Source: a virus. Taken from it: 64,000 bases of DNA. Below the pieces are notes generated by a model. That model saw only the letters and a program-made list of their open reading frames with translations. It searched no databases and was not told the DNA's origin. Shown in pieces: positions 1-9,426 of the stretch. Positions within the stretch are counted from its first letter, which is position 1, and the number at the start of each line of letters is the position of its first letter. A program made the position numbers and the translations under genes. The stretch is taken from the IMG/VR virus record IMGVR_UViG_3300042310_000427, positions 2,371 through 66,370 of that record; one strand, given 5' to 3'.

Positions 1-52
1 GGATGTCGTTTTTAATTGCTTGGATAAGGGTTTTAAGTTCTGGTGTCATAGG

Positions 53-370
53 TTATTTATTAATAGTTAATTGACTTTGCATCCATAAGGCACCTCTTGC
101 AAAACCATCTGTAAATGTGCATTCATTTGTTAAATCAAAATTATCTTTGTTATACAATTTCCATTCATCAAATCTTTTAATTGCTATTTCTTCTTTAGTT
201 ACCACTACAAATGGGTTAGAATGTGGTATTGATTTATTTCTTTCAATACTTTCGAGTGCTGACAACTGTTTTTCAAATGCTTCAATTTCAGCAATTAAAA
301 TCATTCTATCTTTCCTTAAGTTATCAATGTGTAACTTAGTATCTGCGATTGCTCTTTCTATTTTATTCAT
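53..370 (-). CDS. hypothetical protein with N-terminal coiled coil
   Basis: 105-aa ORF in the leftward gene run; heptad-like N-terminus. Confidence 0.6.
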   Translation of the reverse strand: MNKIERAIADTKLHIDNLRKDRMILIAEIEAFEKQLSALESIERNKSIPHSNPFVVVTKEEIAIKRFDEWKLYNKDNFDLTNECTFTDGFARGALWMQSQLTINK

Positions 371-539
371 AATTCACTTGCTAATCTAATTCTCAGTTTA
401 TTTTTCATTTGATGGTATCTTACCCACACTTCCAAAGGTTTTCTTTTGCAGGTTAATACTGTTCTAAGGTTTACTTTTGGGAGGTCAAGTCCTTGTGGTT
501 TTATCATCTCGCCAAATATTTGTGTATCTTGTTGCATGG

Positions 540-722
540 TTATTCTTTAATTATAATTTGTATTCCCTTGTCTTGTTCTTGTTTCACTACAATGATATGC
601 CAGTCAGGATTGTTCTTTTTGTGGCATTCAATATCCTGCTCGTCTTGATCAATGTAGATTATTCTTACTTTCCCTAATGAGAGGTAAACTGAGTAAAGGG
701 ATTGTTTTATTTCTTGTTCCAT
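540..722 (-). CDS. small hypothetical protein
   Basis: 60-aa ORF downstream of a minus-strand TAAATTTG promoter-like site near 760. Confidence 0.5.
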   Translation of the reverse strand: MEQEIKQSLYSVYLSLGKVRIIYIDQDEQDIECHKKNNPDWHIIVVKQEQDKGIQIIIKE

Positions 723-788
723 ATTCTTTTTAAAATAATTAATTTAATTCCTACTAACAAATTTAGTAAAATTACCAATACTGTCCAA

Positions 789-1289
789 CTATCCATTTTT
801 AGCTTCTATGATTAATTTCATTCTTTCGTTATACTCTGCAAGCACTATATCGTATTCCTCTTTAAAGATTTTCTCATAGATGTATCTATCTTCAAACTCT
901 TTAAGTGAGTGTATAATTGTGCTGTGATGTGGCTTTCTAACCGGCTCCAATAAAGTTCCCAATGCTTTTAAAGTAGTTTCATTTGGGTAATTATCCTTTA
1001 GAATCTTATAAAAGTATGACCTTCCTCTAACGATTTCAGCATTCCTTGCCCCTGCTTCAATAAAATCATCCTTAATGGTAGATCCATTGTAAGTAAGATT
1101 ATCTTCATGCGCTTTTTTCACAATCGGGTTGATGACACTTTTAAGCACTTTTACTGCAATCTCTATCTCAATGGTGTTGCTCTTTTTTGGGTTTAACAAT
1201 TCTCTCTTAGTTGCTATGGCGCTTACTAATTCATTCAAATGATACTTAATCTTAGCATCAATCTCATTCATTACATCTGTATCAATCAT
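789..1289 (-). CDS. protein with DnaA domain IV-like helix-turn-helix
   Basis: 'TLKALG...HHSTIIHSLKEFE' resembles the DnaA C-terminal 'SLxxIG...DHTTVxHA' signature. Confidence 0.6.
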   Translation of the reverse strand: MIDTDVMNEIDAKIKYHLNELVSAIATKRELLNPKKSNTIEIEIAVKVLKSVINPIVKKAHEDNLTYNGSTIKDDFIEAGARNAEIVRGRSYFYKILKDNYPNETTLKALGTLLEPVRKPHHSTIIHSLKEFEDRYIYEKIFKEEYDIVLAEYNERMKLIIEAKNG

Positions 1290-1454
1290 TTAAAAATGTA
1301 TTTTTAATCTCGTTACTTCTAAGGTCATTTTCCATTTGTTTTGCTTTTTTGTAGATTGCCAAATTAAAGGGGCTTCTTACTTTAAGCATGCCACATTCCT
1401 GCAGCTCCTTAACTAAGTAATCTACTGGGGATATTGTTTTTGGTTTAGGCTTGG

Positions 1455-1976
1455 TCATTTTATTAACTCTCGGTCAAGTTGCTTTAACATGATGGCAATA
1501 AGTAGTGTAAAAATAATTAGGTTGGTAGGTTGGATGTTCCAAATAAAATAAGATAAAATAGATAAAGCCCAAACTGTAATCCAAGCCCAAAATTGAAATC
1601 TCACAATCTTATTCTTTTTAGATTTCATTTTTTCAAATTTTGCCTCTGCGCTTTCCATCTCCTTCATCATTTTCTCCATATCGTCTTTAATCTCTCTCAA
1701 TCTCTCAATTTTATCATCAGTAATGGCTCTATAATCTTGTCCGCTTACTTTAAGAAGGTTTTGCAGTCTTATGTTAAGCTCCTCTGCATTTTCTATTGAG
1801 TAATAGATTTTTCCATCATACATTATTGCACTATAAATATTCTTAGCATTTAAAAACGCTTTTCCAATGGCACCTATTTCAACTGCACTTCCTGGGTTTA
1901 ATTCTAAGGTAAAGGTCTTAAAATTATCATAGATTTGCTCGTCTATGCCTATTAATTCAAATTCAAATTGTACCAT
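1455..1976 (-). CDS. coiled-coil membrane protein
   Basis: charged coiled coil followed by two hydrophobic segments (FWAWITVWALSILSYFIW; LIIFTLLIAIML). Confidence 0.65.
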   Translation of the reverse strand: MVQFEFELIGIDEQIYDNFKTFTLELNPGSAVEIGAIGKAFLNAKNIYSAIMYDGKIYYSIENAEELNIRLQNLLKVSGQDYRAITDDKIERLREIKDDMEKMMKEMESAEAKFEKMKSKKNKIVRFQFWAWITVWALSILSYFIWNIQPTNLIIFTLLIAIMLKQLDRELIK

Positions 1977-1980
1977 AATC

Positions 1981-2280
1981 CTAAAATAACAATCCTCTTT
2001 GTTCTTTACTAAGTGAGTATTTAATCTCTCTCAACTCTCTATTAATAGATGCCAGTACACAAGATTTAGTCCAACTGTATCCTTTTATCATTTTCGCTTT
2101 TGCAAGTTTTATTTCAAGCAAACAAAGTTTCATAAAAGCTCTCCCTTGTTTGGATACTTTTTTATTGAAGTCCTTTAAATTTGCTTTTTCTATTGATTTG
2201 ATCCAATCAATTCTTTTTTTGAAAAATTCCCCTGTTTTTAAATTCAGGTAGCCGATTGTTTTTAATTTGATTTTTTGCAT
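1981..2280 (-). CDS. basic hypothetical protein
   Basis: 99-aa ORF preceded by the ACACACC-ATG start motif. Confidence 0.65.
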   Translation of the reverse strand: MQKIKLKTIGYLNLKTGEFFKKRIDWIKSIEKANLKDFNKKVSKQGRAFMKLCLLEIKLAKAKMIKGYSWTKSCVLASINRELREIKYSLSKEQRGLLF

Positions 2281-2299
2281 GGTGTGTAATTTTTGATTT

Positions 2300-2578
2300 T
2301 TATCCTGCGTTAAATGATTTTAATATTATTCCCCTTTGTTGCCAATGGTGTGCAATCCCTATTGATGTTACTTTTACTTTGTCTATGTCTTTAAATTCAA
2401 CCCAATCATTAAAATCGTGTTCATATTCCCCTGAATACCATTTCCCATCCTTATGGTGTGTAATATAGTCTGATGGGTGCATCTCTCGTGCCTCTTGTTC
2501 GCTTTCTGATACACAAACGAATGAATCATAGGTATCGTATCCTGTAACAATGTCTTGTTGTACTAAATAGATGTTCAT
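2300..2578 (-). CDS. small phage hypothetical protein
   Basis: 92-aa ORF with a 'GYDTYDSFVCVSESEQEAREMHP' pattern typical of small phage proteins. Confidence 0.7.
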   Translation of the reverse strand: MNIYLVQQDIVTGYDTYDSFVCVSESEQEAREMHPSDYITHHKDGKWYSGEYEHDFNDWVEFKDIDKVKVTSIGIAHHWQQRGIILKSFNAG

Positions 2579-2767
2579 GTTATTGGTTGTTAATATTTTT
2601 CTAATTCTAATTTGTAATGATTAGCAATATTAATAATTCTAATAATCAATTCCCTTTCGGTTTCTTTTGCTAATTCGATTAAGTCGCTTTTTGATTCAAA
2701 TTCATCTCCAGATAATTCTAAAATTGAATTGATTAAAATTTCTCTTGTTGTTTGTCCTTCGTTCATA

Positions 2768-3055
2768 CTAATTAAATAAAGTTTGGTTTGTTGATTGTTT
2801 GGTTTGGTATCCTATTGTTTTAAAATCTCTTTTAAAAAGATTATATTTATAAAAAAACGCTTTTATGGGGTATGCTTCATTAAAATACTTTTGGTCCTCC
2901 ATATCGTTGACTAACTTTTTAGCATAATTGATAAAATCAATATCATCCATAAGTGCCAATTTGGTTAAAAAGCCTACTAATTGACTATGGTTATGCTTTT
3001 TTGAGCGAAAACATGCAATGACTATTTCTGTTAATTCTTTGCGGTTGTAGAACAT
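2768..3055 (-). CDS. early hypothetical protein
   Basis: 95-aa ORF in the packed leftward run. Confidence 0.55.
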   Translation of the reverse strand: MFYNRKELTEIVIACFRSKKHNHSQLVGFLTKLALMDDIDFINYAKKLVNDMEDQKYFNEAYPIKAFFYKYNLFKRDFKTIGYQTKQSTNQTLFN

Positions 3056-3223
3056 ATTTTTATTGATATAATAATTTTTTAATGAATGTATGGTTAATAT
3101 GTATTGTTTTTCCTGCTTTTTCTGTCAATACAGCCTCTATCTCCTTTTTTTGATACAATCTCCCTATAATGAATGAAAATATTGCTACAAACAAATAAAA
3201 GATATAATTTAATAATGCTTTTT

Positions 3224-3466
3224 TCATGGATGTTGATTTGGTTGTTTTAAAATTTCATACAATTCCCACTTTGTGCCTTTAAACAGTACCTCGTTATTTT
3301 TTACAATTGATATTTCAATTTGTTCGAGTGGTTTGTATTCCGGTCCTTCGGTGGATGATATTTGAATATAATCATATTCATGGTTTAATCTTGTTACGCT
3401 GGTAATAATTTCGGTATTTGACTGAATATCGCCAATTTTATTTTGGATGTGTGTTGTTAAGTGCAT
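3224..3466 (-). CDS. early hypothetical protein
   Basis: 80-aa ORF with an A-rich upstream region. Confidence 0.6.
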   Translation of the reverse strand: MHLTTHIQNKIGDIQSNTEIITSVTRLNHEYDYIQISSTEGPEYKPLEQIEISIVKNNEVLFKGTKWELYEILKQPNQHP

Positions 3467-3487
3467 GATGTTAGTTAGTTAGTGTAA

Positions 3488-3760
3488 TTAAAATATTTTG
3501 ATGTCTGAGTAATAAAAATCATTAAAATCCTTATCATTTGCAAACAAATTTTTAATAAAGTTAAATTGATTTTCGTAAGTTCTATTCATTAATTTTTTTC
3601 TTTCTGAATATGTTATTTTACCCGAATTTAATAAGTTATTATATAATGATGGTAATGTAATCGTAACTTCATTTGTTACTATTTTAAAGCTTGTTCCCTT
3701 GTCTGTTTTGTAATTTACTAATTGCATGATGTTATAATTTTTTGAAATTGTTGATGTCAT
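3488..3760 (-). CDS. early hypothetical protein
   Basis: 90-aa ORF abutting its neighbours. Confidence 0.6.
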   Translation of the reverse strand: MTSTISKNYNIMQLVNYKTDKGTSFKIVTNEVTITLPSLYNNLLNSGKITYSERKKLMNRTYENQFNFIKNLFANDKDFNDFYYSDIKIF

Positions 3761-3762
3761 AA

Positions 3763-3969
3763 TTACTTTACTATATAATAGTCATTAGATTGTTTTAAGA
3801 AATTCATCCAGTCATTGCCGGTCCAAAACCTTTGCGCCTCTGAAAATTCACTTTTTTCAAATTGTCCTGTTCGGTACTTACTCCCGTTTTTTCTTATTGT
3901 GAAGGTTCGAGTACTTTTATTGCTTGAGATTTTTATCTCTGTTTGTGTAATGTCTTTTAAAGTTTGCAT
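3763..3969 (-). CDS. early hypothetical protein
   Basis: 68-aa ORF; its start lies within a duplicated 34-bp intergenic module. Confidence 0.65.
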   Translation of the reverse strand: MQTLKDITQTEIKISSNKSTRTFTIRKNGSKYRTGQFEKSEFSEAQRFWTGNDWMNFLKQSNDYYIVK

Positions 3970-4129
3970 GATGTTTTATTTGCTTTTTTTGGTTAATCTT
4001 TCTTTTTTTCGTCTTTCTATTCTTTGTTGATGTCCGCTTTTTGGCGGTGTAATATTTTTTAGCTTTTCTGCTATATCTGTTTTTAATTCTCTTTGTTGCA
4101 TAATGTTTTATTTGCTTTTTTGGGTTAAT
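3964..4129. repeat. 34-bp direct repeat pair (3964-3997, 4096-4129)
   Basis: TTGCAT(G/A)ATGTTTTATTTGCTTTTTT(T/G)GGTTAAT, 32 of 34 positions identical. Confidence 0.85.
3976..4101 (-). CDS. 41-aa basic microprotein (MQQRELKTD...LTKKSK)
   Basis: translated by hand; below the ORF-track cutoff; same upstream module as the neighbouring gene. Confidence 0.5.
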   Translation of the reverse strand: MQQRELKTDIAEKLKNITPPKSGHQQRIERRKKERLTKKSK

Positions 4130-4337
4130 ATGTAAATTCAGGGTAAAATTTGTTTAAATACTTTTGCAGTTGTTCGTGTTTTCTGAATTTCTTTATTGAT
4201 TCTTTATTGCACCAGGCGTTTGCATATGTATATTCCTTTACTATTGCAATAAAATTGCCTTTAAATACTTTACCTTCATCTGACAATAACAATTCATTGT
4301 CATTAAGGGCGCCTTCGTTTAAAATGTATGTTTGCAT
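4125..4337 (-). CDS. early hypothetical protein
   Basis: 70-aa ORF. Confidence 0.6.
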   Translation of the reverse strand: MQTYILNEGALNDNELLLSDEGKVFKGNFIAIVKEYTYANAWCNKESIKKFRKHEQLQKYLNKFYPEFTY

Positions 4338-4344
4338 GATATTA

Positions 4345-4563
4345 TTATATTGTTTGTTGCCCTAATTCTGTTAAGCTGTACCAATTTAAAACCCTTTTTG
4401 CTTCTTTATAATCAGGCTTTAAAATACCTTTTTTAATTAGCCCTTTTACTTCGGTTGAATAACCTAAAAAAATCATAGGGGCTTTTTTATTACCGTTTTT
4501 AAATTCTGCAATTCTTCTTTTAATTTCATCAATTTGTATTGATTCTGTAATTGTTAATTTCAT
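4345..4563 (-). CDS. small protein, possible winged helix
   Basis: 'LIKKGILK...WYSLTELGQ' resembles a wHTH wing. Confidence 0.55.
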   Translation of the reverse strand: MKLTITESIQIDEIKRRIAEFKNGNKKAPMIFLGYSTEVKGLIKKGILKPDYKEAKRVLNWYSLTELGQQTI

Positions 4564-4664
4564 GATATTTTTTTTATTTTTTTTTAAATTGTTTTGGTTT
4601 GTGGTTTATTGTTTGCCCCCTTGTCACCACAACTCAGGGGCTAAAACAACAAACGATGTCTTTT

Positions 4665-5858
4665 TTAGATGGATACTGTATTTAAAATATTATTTAAACT
4701 AAATTTGTGGCACCCTGCTTTAATAATAAAATCGTTATTTACTTTTTTAGCATATTCTACAAAATAGTTGCCTACATTCTTTTTAATTGGTAAAATTGAA
4801 TTTTCTTCTAATTGGGCACCTTTGATATTAGCCATTAATTCAATCAGGTTCGCTTTAAATTCACTTAGCAATACAGTTACTCCCTTACTGGTTAAAATCT
4901 TGTTATTATCAATCTGAATAGTCACATTTGACAAAGTTTCTTCTTCTTCGTATTCTTCTAAAAAGCTATTAATTTCATGATTTAATTGACTAATTAAACA
5001 ATCTTTAAAATATTTTTTACTTTCTTCTATGTCATTAATAACGCTTTCAACTGCATTAAACTTAAATTCAATATCCTTTAAATTTTCTTTTAATCTACTT
5101 AAAAATTGCTTTTTGGATTCATTACAATTCAATAAGTCGTTTACAATTTCATTGAATGTATTATTGTCATTTTCGCTTAATAGGTCATGTGCTTGATAAC
5201 TTATGTAATAATATAACCAGTCTTGTTCATAATCTTCTTTTTTGCATATAGAAAACCATCCGCCTGACCTTCCAAACTGCCAACATTTGAAGTTTATTGA
5301 ATCCCTATTAACAAAGTCGTTAAATTCGCTTTCGTTTTCTTTTTTAATTGCTTTTTTGTAGGCTTCAAAAGTTTTATACTTTTTTGCTTTATCGAAATAA
5401 GTTTTTATATACCAGTCATTTTCAATATTTTCTTCAATCGCTTTTTCCTTAGTTTCGTATCTTTTTGTATAATTATAAACATGAAAAACTTTTGTAAAAT
5501 TTGTTAAGTCACAATTGCCTTCATACTTTTCTTTTAAATATGCTACTTTGCTTTCGCATACATGATGAAAAACATTATTTAATCTTTCATCGTTAAATTC
5601 TTCTAATATTGCAAATTTTGTTGATATTGCAAATTCATTTGATCCTATTATATTGGGATAGTCTTTTATAGTGTTTAAAATATCGCTTTCGCTTAAGTAG
5701 TCATACACTTTTATATTTGCTATTATGTAGCCTTCACGAGTATTAAAACGGTCGTTTATTTCGCTTTCTGTGTAGTCATTAATACTGTTTAATACTTTTT
5801 TAATCTCTAAATTGATTTTAGATAATTCTTTTTTTGTGGTGTGGTTTGTTGTATTCAT
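4665..5858 (-). CDS. large early protein of unknown function
   Basis: 397-aa ORF with GRSGGW and C-terminal KAGCHK motifs. Confidence 0.8.
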   Translation of the reverse strand: MNTTNHTTKKELSKINLEIKKVLNSINDYTESEINDRFNTREGYIIANIKVYDYLSESDILNTIKDYPNIIGSNEFAISTKFAILEEFNDERLNNVFHHVCESKVAYLKEKYEGNCDLTNFTKVFHVYNYTKRYETKEKAIEENIENDWYIKTYFDKAKKYKTFEAYKKAIKKENESEFNDFVNRDSINFKCWQFGRSGGWFSICKKEDYEQDWLYYYISYQAHDLLSENDNNTFNEIVNDLLNCNESKKQFLSRLKENLKDIEFKFNAVESVINDIEESKKYFKDCLISQLNHEINSFLEEYEEEETLSNVTIQIDNNKILTSKGVTVLLSEFKANLIELMANIKGAQLEENSILPIKKNVGNYFVEYAKKVNNDFIIKAGCHKFSLNNILNTVSI

Positions 5859-5898
5859 TTTATTTTTTTGGTTTGGTTTGATTTGTTTGTTTGTTTGG

Positions 5899-6093
5899 TT
5901 ATTCGTTTATTAAATAGTTTTCAATCTCAATTAGTGTATTGAGCTTTTTAGGTTTTGCGCTTTTTTGCATAAATAAACAAGTTTGCAAGGGGCTTGTATA
6001 AATAGAAATTGAATAAATAAAATCTAATGTTTTTTGAGCTTCTTTACTTAAGTCAATAAAACTGTTTTGCTTTGTGGTGGTTTCTGTGTACAT
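5899..6093 (-). CDS. early hypothetical protein
   Basis: 64-aa ORF. Confidence 0.5.
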   Translation of the reverse strand: MYTETTTKQNSFIDLSKEAQKTLDFIYSISIYTSPLQTCLFMQKSAKPKKLNTLIEIENYLINE

Positions 6094-6176
6094 GATATTA
6101 ATTTGGTTTGTCTGTTACTGCCTTAACCCCTTGCCGTTTTTAGTGGCGAAGGGGCAAAGGTTTGGGAGGGGGTTTG

Positions 6177-6560
6177 TTAGATTGCTTTTTTCATTTCTCG
6201 AAAAATCAAATAATGATACAAATGTTGCATTTTTTCAAATTCGTATATTTTACCTTCTGGATTAATACCTAAACTATTTAAAAAATTCTCAATATCAAAA
6301 TTTGAATAATGAAAGTGAAAAGGTAAACCGGTCAACCAGTAACTAAATTTTTCTTGTTCGCTTTTATTTCTTAAATATCCATCCCCTTCAGTACAGCGTT
6401 TAAATTCTTCGTATAAATGCTTTGCGGATTCTTCAAATGTGTTAAATTCTTTTTCCTCGTAATTGTACACACATTCAATAATATGCTTTTTAATTGCTTC
6501 TTTTACTTCTTTACTGTTAGTACTTAATTTTTTAGTTTGGTTTGTTGTTAAATTTGTCAT
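6177..6560 (-). CDS. early hypothetical protein
   Basis: 127-aa ORF with a 'FSYWLTGLP' motif. Confidence 0.7.
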   Translation of the reverse strand: MTNLTTNQTKKLSTNSKEVKEAIKKHIIECVYNYEEKEFNTFEESAKHLYEEFKRCTEGDGYLRNKSEQEKFSYWLTGLPFHFHYSNFDIENFLNSLGINPEGKIYEFEKMQHLYHYLIFREMKKAI

Positions 6561-6619
6561 GGTAATTATTTTTTAAATTGGTTTGTTGTTTGGTTTGTTG
6601 GCTTAATGATTCGGTTTTG

Positions 6620-6814
6620 TTATGCTTTGTTTTTCCATTCTTTAGTTGATCTTGTGGATTTATACACGTTTTGCCCTGATATGTGGTACTCTCTTATCAT
6701 TGCATTTATGTGCGCTTTAAATTCTTTCGGGTTTTGGGGTGAATCTTCGCCCCTTGTGAATTGGTCTATTGTTTCGACTCCTTCGCTTGTTCTTAAGTTT
6801 AAATAAATAGTCAT
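6620..6814 (-). CDS. early hypothetical protein
   Basis: 64-aa ORF. Confidence 0.65.
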   Translation of the reverse strand: MTIYLNLRTSEGVETIDQFTRGEDSPQNPKEFKAHINAMIREYHISGQNVYKSTRSTKEWKNKA

Positions 6815-6843
6815 ATTGTTAAATTGATTTTTTTAAAGTTGTT

Positions 6844-7056
6844 TTATCTGTTTGTTATTCTGAAATAGCTTTTTGTTGCTTTTAAAATATACTCTTTTAT
6901 TTCTGATTGATTAATATAATTATTTACTAAAAAAATATCATAATCAACTAAAAAATCATACATTGAGCAATAACTTTGCATTTGTTCAACTGCTTGTTTA
7001 ATTTGTCCGTTTTCCATACTTTCGTGTATTTCTGTAATTTGCTGTAATTTTGTCAT
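6844..7056 (-). CDS. early hypothetical protein
   Basis: 70-aa ORF. Confidence 0.6.
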   Translation of the reverse strand: MTKLQQITEIHESMENGQIKQAVEQMQSYCSMYDFLVDYDIFLVNNYINQSEIKEYILKATKSYFRITNR

Positions 7057-7080
7057 AACTGTATTATTTTTTAAATTGGT

Positions 7081-7227
7081 TTATTTATATAGATTTTTTA
7101 TTTGTCTAAGTTTGTGCCAAATTGCCCCCTTTTCGCTTGTTTTAAGGTCATTGCGTTGCATTGTGCGAATTATTAATACATTGCAATTAAAAACTATTTT
7201 TTGAGGGGTTAAAGGTCTTGTTTGCAT
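7081..7227 (-). CDS. 48-aa microprotein (MQTRPLTPQKIV...)
   Basis: translated by hand; preceded by ACACC-ATG; fills the gap between neighbouring genes. Confidence 0.5.
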   Translation of the reverse strand: MQTRPLTPQKIVFNCNVLIIRTMQRNDLKTSEKGAIWHKLRQIKNLYK

Positions 7228-7231
7228 GGTG

Positions 7232-7570
7232 TTAATTAATAAATTCTTTTAATAGTTTAGAATAAAAATTTATAGTTTCTGTTTCGTGTTCTCTTTCTTC
7301 TTCTGTTAATTCGCTGTCACTCAAATAAATTTCAATAGCATCCAAAAATTCATTTGCAGGCACTATTTTAATATATTGCGCTGTATTACTTACACTAACA
7401 ACCATCAAAACTGGTTCACAATTAAAATAATTTTTGTAATAAGTATAAAGGGCTTTTTTATATGGATGTATTAATTCATATAAAATTGATGTACTGTAAT
7501 TAAGATCATTAATATTAATAATGTCACTTAATAAATAAGGTTTTTTTGTGGTGGTTAAATTTGTAGTCAT
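7232..7570 (-). CDS. early hypothetical protein
   Basis: likely start MTTNL at 7570. Confidence 0.65.
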   Translation of the reverse strand: MTTNLTTTKKPYLLSDIININDLNYSTSILYELIHPYKKALYTYYKNYFNCEPVLMVVSVSNTAQYIKIVPANEFLDAIEIYLSDSELTEEEREHETETINFYSKLLKEFIN

Positions 7571-7759
7571 TTTGTTGTCATTAATTCGAGTACAAACTAA
7601 CAATAAAGAATTAATATAAACAAATTAAAATGAAAATATTTTCAAAATAAATTCTAATTACCTGAATATCAACTAAATAAATTTTAAAATATATTTAAAA
7701 AAGTTTCAAAAGTGGTATAAAATAGGGTAAAAATCGGGGCTTAAAACTGTCAAATAAGA

Positions 7760-8431
7760 TCAAAAATCTTCATCAAAACCACTTGTTTTTAATTTTTCTA
7801 TATCATTTATATATATATTGCCTGTTATTTGCTCGTGTTTTTTGGTATATACCTTAATGAAATTTTTTATTTCGGCTCTGCCTTTGGCGGTCAATCTATA
7901 GAATTTTATCTCTCTGGGTGTGTTTAAATTTTTGGGCAGTTTACCAGTTTTATTATAGATAGCTTTTTGGGGGGCTTGTTCAATAAGATTCAATTTTAAC
8001 AATTCGGCAAAATAGCCCCTTATTGTAGTGGGTGTTATTTGCTTATCATATTTTAATAAATTACTTTGTGAAAAAAAGCCGTCATTTAATATACTGCATG
8101 TATAACAAGATAAAAAAACATTGATTAACGGTTTATTCATTTTTAAGAATAGTTTATTAATTTTTTTATCTCTGACAATTGAATCTATTATATTGTTAAA
8201 CACAAGGGCGTGAAGGAGTCCGGCGCCTACATTAAATTTAATATCTATATTATTAATATATCTCTGTGCCTGTAAGTCAATCTTTTTTTCAATATGTTTG
8301 CTTAGTGCCTTATTTACATATATAAGCGTATAAGGGCTTAATTTATTTATTATATCTCTATCCTTATCAGTTAATAAAGGTAATTGATTATTTATTATAT
8401 CTATCCTTTTAGTTTCCCTTAAATTAGTCAT
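7760..8431 (-). CDS. winged-helix DNA-binding protein
   Basis: 'TTIRGYFAELLKLNLIEQ...FYRLTAKGRAEI' MarR/PadR-like wing; own TATATTTG promoter at 8454-8461 (minus). Confidence 0.7.
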   Translation of the reverse strand: MTNLRETKRIDIINNQLPLLTDKDRDIINKLSPYTLIYVNKALSKHIEKKIDLQAQRYINNIDIKFNVGAGLLHALVFNNIIDSIVRDKKINKLFLKMNKPLINVFLSCYTCSILNDGFFSQSNLLKYDKQITPTTIRGYFAELLKLNLIEQAPQKAIYNKTGKLPKNLNTPREIKFYRLTAKGRAEIKNFIKVYTKKHEQITGNIYINDIEKLKTSGFDEDF

Positions 8432-8611
8432 GCAATATTATTATTTTTCTTTGCAAATATATATAAATACTCTCAATCCCTTATATATATAGAATCATAG
8501 TACATATATTTATACCTTTTGTTTTTGAATTTTCGCCAATTTGTAGGCGTGTTAGAAGATATTTTTTGAAGGTGTCCAACTGTTTAAGGTTAAAAAGGGC
8601 TTAAAAGGTCA

Positions 8612-8791
8612 TTAAATACCATTAAATTGATTAAAAGGGGCTTTTGTGAAGGTGATCCCCTTATATATAAAAGGGTATTTTTTATTCTTTAGGTAATTAT
8701 AACTAAATTTCTTTATTCTGCAACATGCTTTTAAGCTTCCGTATGCTTCAAAGTTGTTATTTTGGTGCAATATTATAATATTTTCATTCAT
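8612..8791 (-). CDS. small HTH-like protein
   Basis: likely start MNEN; 'YGSLKACCRIKKFSYNYL' pattern. Confidence 0.5.
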   Translation of the reverse strand: MNENIIILHQNNNFEAYGSLKACCRIKKFSYNYLKNKKYPFIYKGITFTKAPFNQFNGI

Positions 8792-9384
8792 AAAATTACC
8801 TACAAAGGTATAACTATTTGACAAATGTTTCCATAAAAACACAAATTAAATTTATTTGCCTTCGCTTCCTGTCGTTTAATGGTGGGAGGGGGGTTTTACT
8901 GTTCTTTTATAGTGGTTTAATTTGTCCTATATTTAATATTATGTTAACTAACTTATTTTTGTGCCTATCCTTACGACGCTGCCCTATTGAAAACGCTTAG
9001 TATTTACGCCACATTTTCACACATATAAAACCAAAAAAGAATCAATCAGGGGGGTGCCTCAGTATATTTGCGTTTCGTTTCGTGTGCGTGCATAGGGGAT
9101 CATATATAATCACCTTACGAAAATACTTAAATAAAGAAAACTGCTAAAAGTTACCACATCTACAGAATGTACTTAGATAAAACTTTTGTTAAAACGAGTA
9201 CTCCTAATAAATATTCCTTTTAAACACTACCACTCCTAAGAAACAATCCTTTTACAGTGTTATCTCCCACAATCAATCCCCAGAGGGGGTGGCTTAAGTA
9301 AAGTCATCTAAAGTAATAATATCTTGCATGGTATATGTATTATATAGTACTGGTGCTTGTCCAAGAAAAAAAGATTAAAAAAGA

Positions 9385-9426
9385 TTTTGTCGTATGGAAT
9401 TAATACATTAGTTTTGTCGTATGGAA
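9385..9426 (+). promoter_or_regulatory. Bacteroidota-type promoter overlapped by two 15-bp direct repeats
   Basis: TTTG(9386)-N19-TAGTTTTG(9409); TTTTGTCGTATGGAA at 9385 and 9412. Confidence 0.75.
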
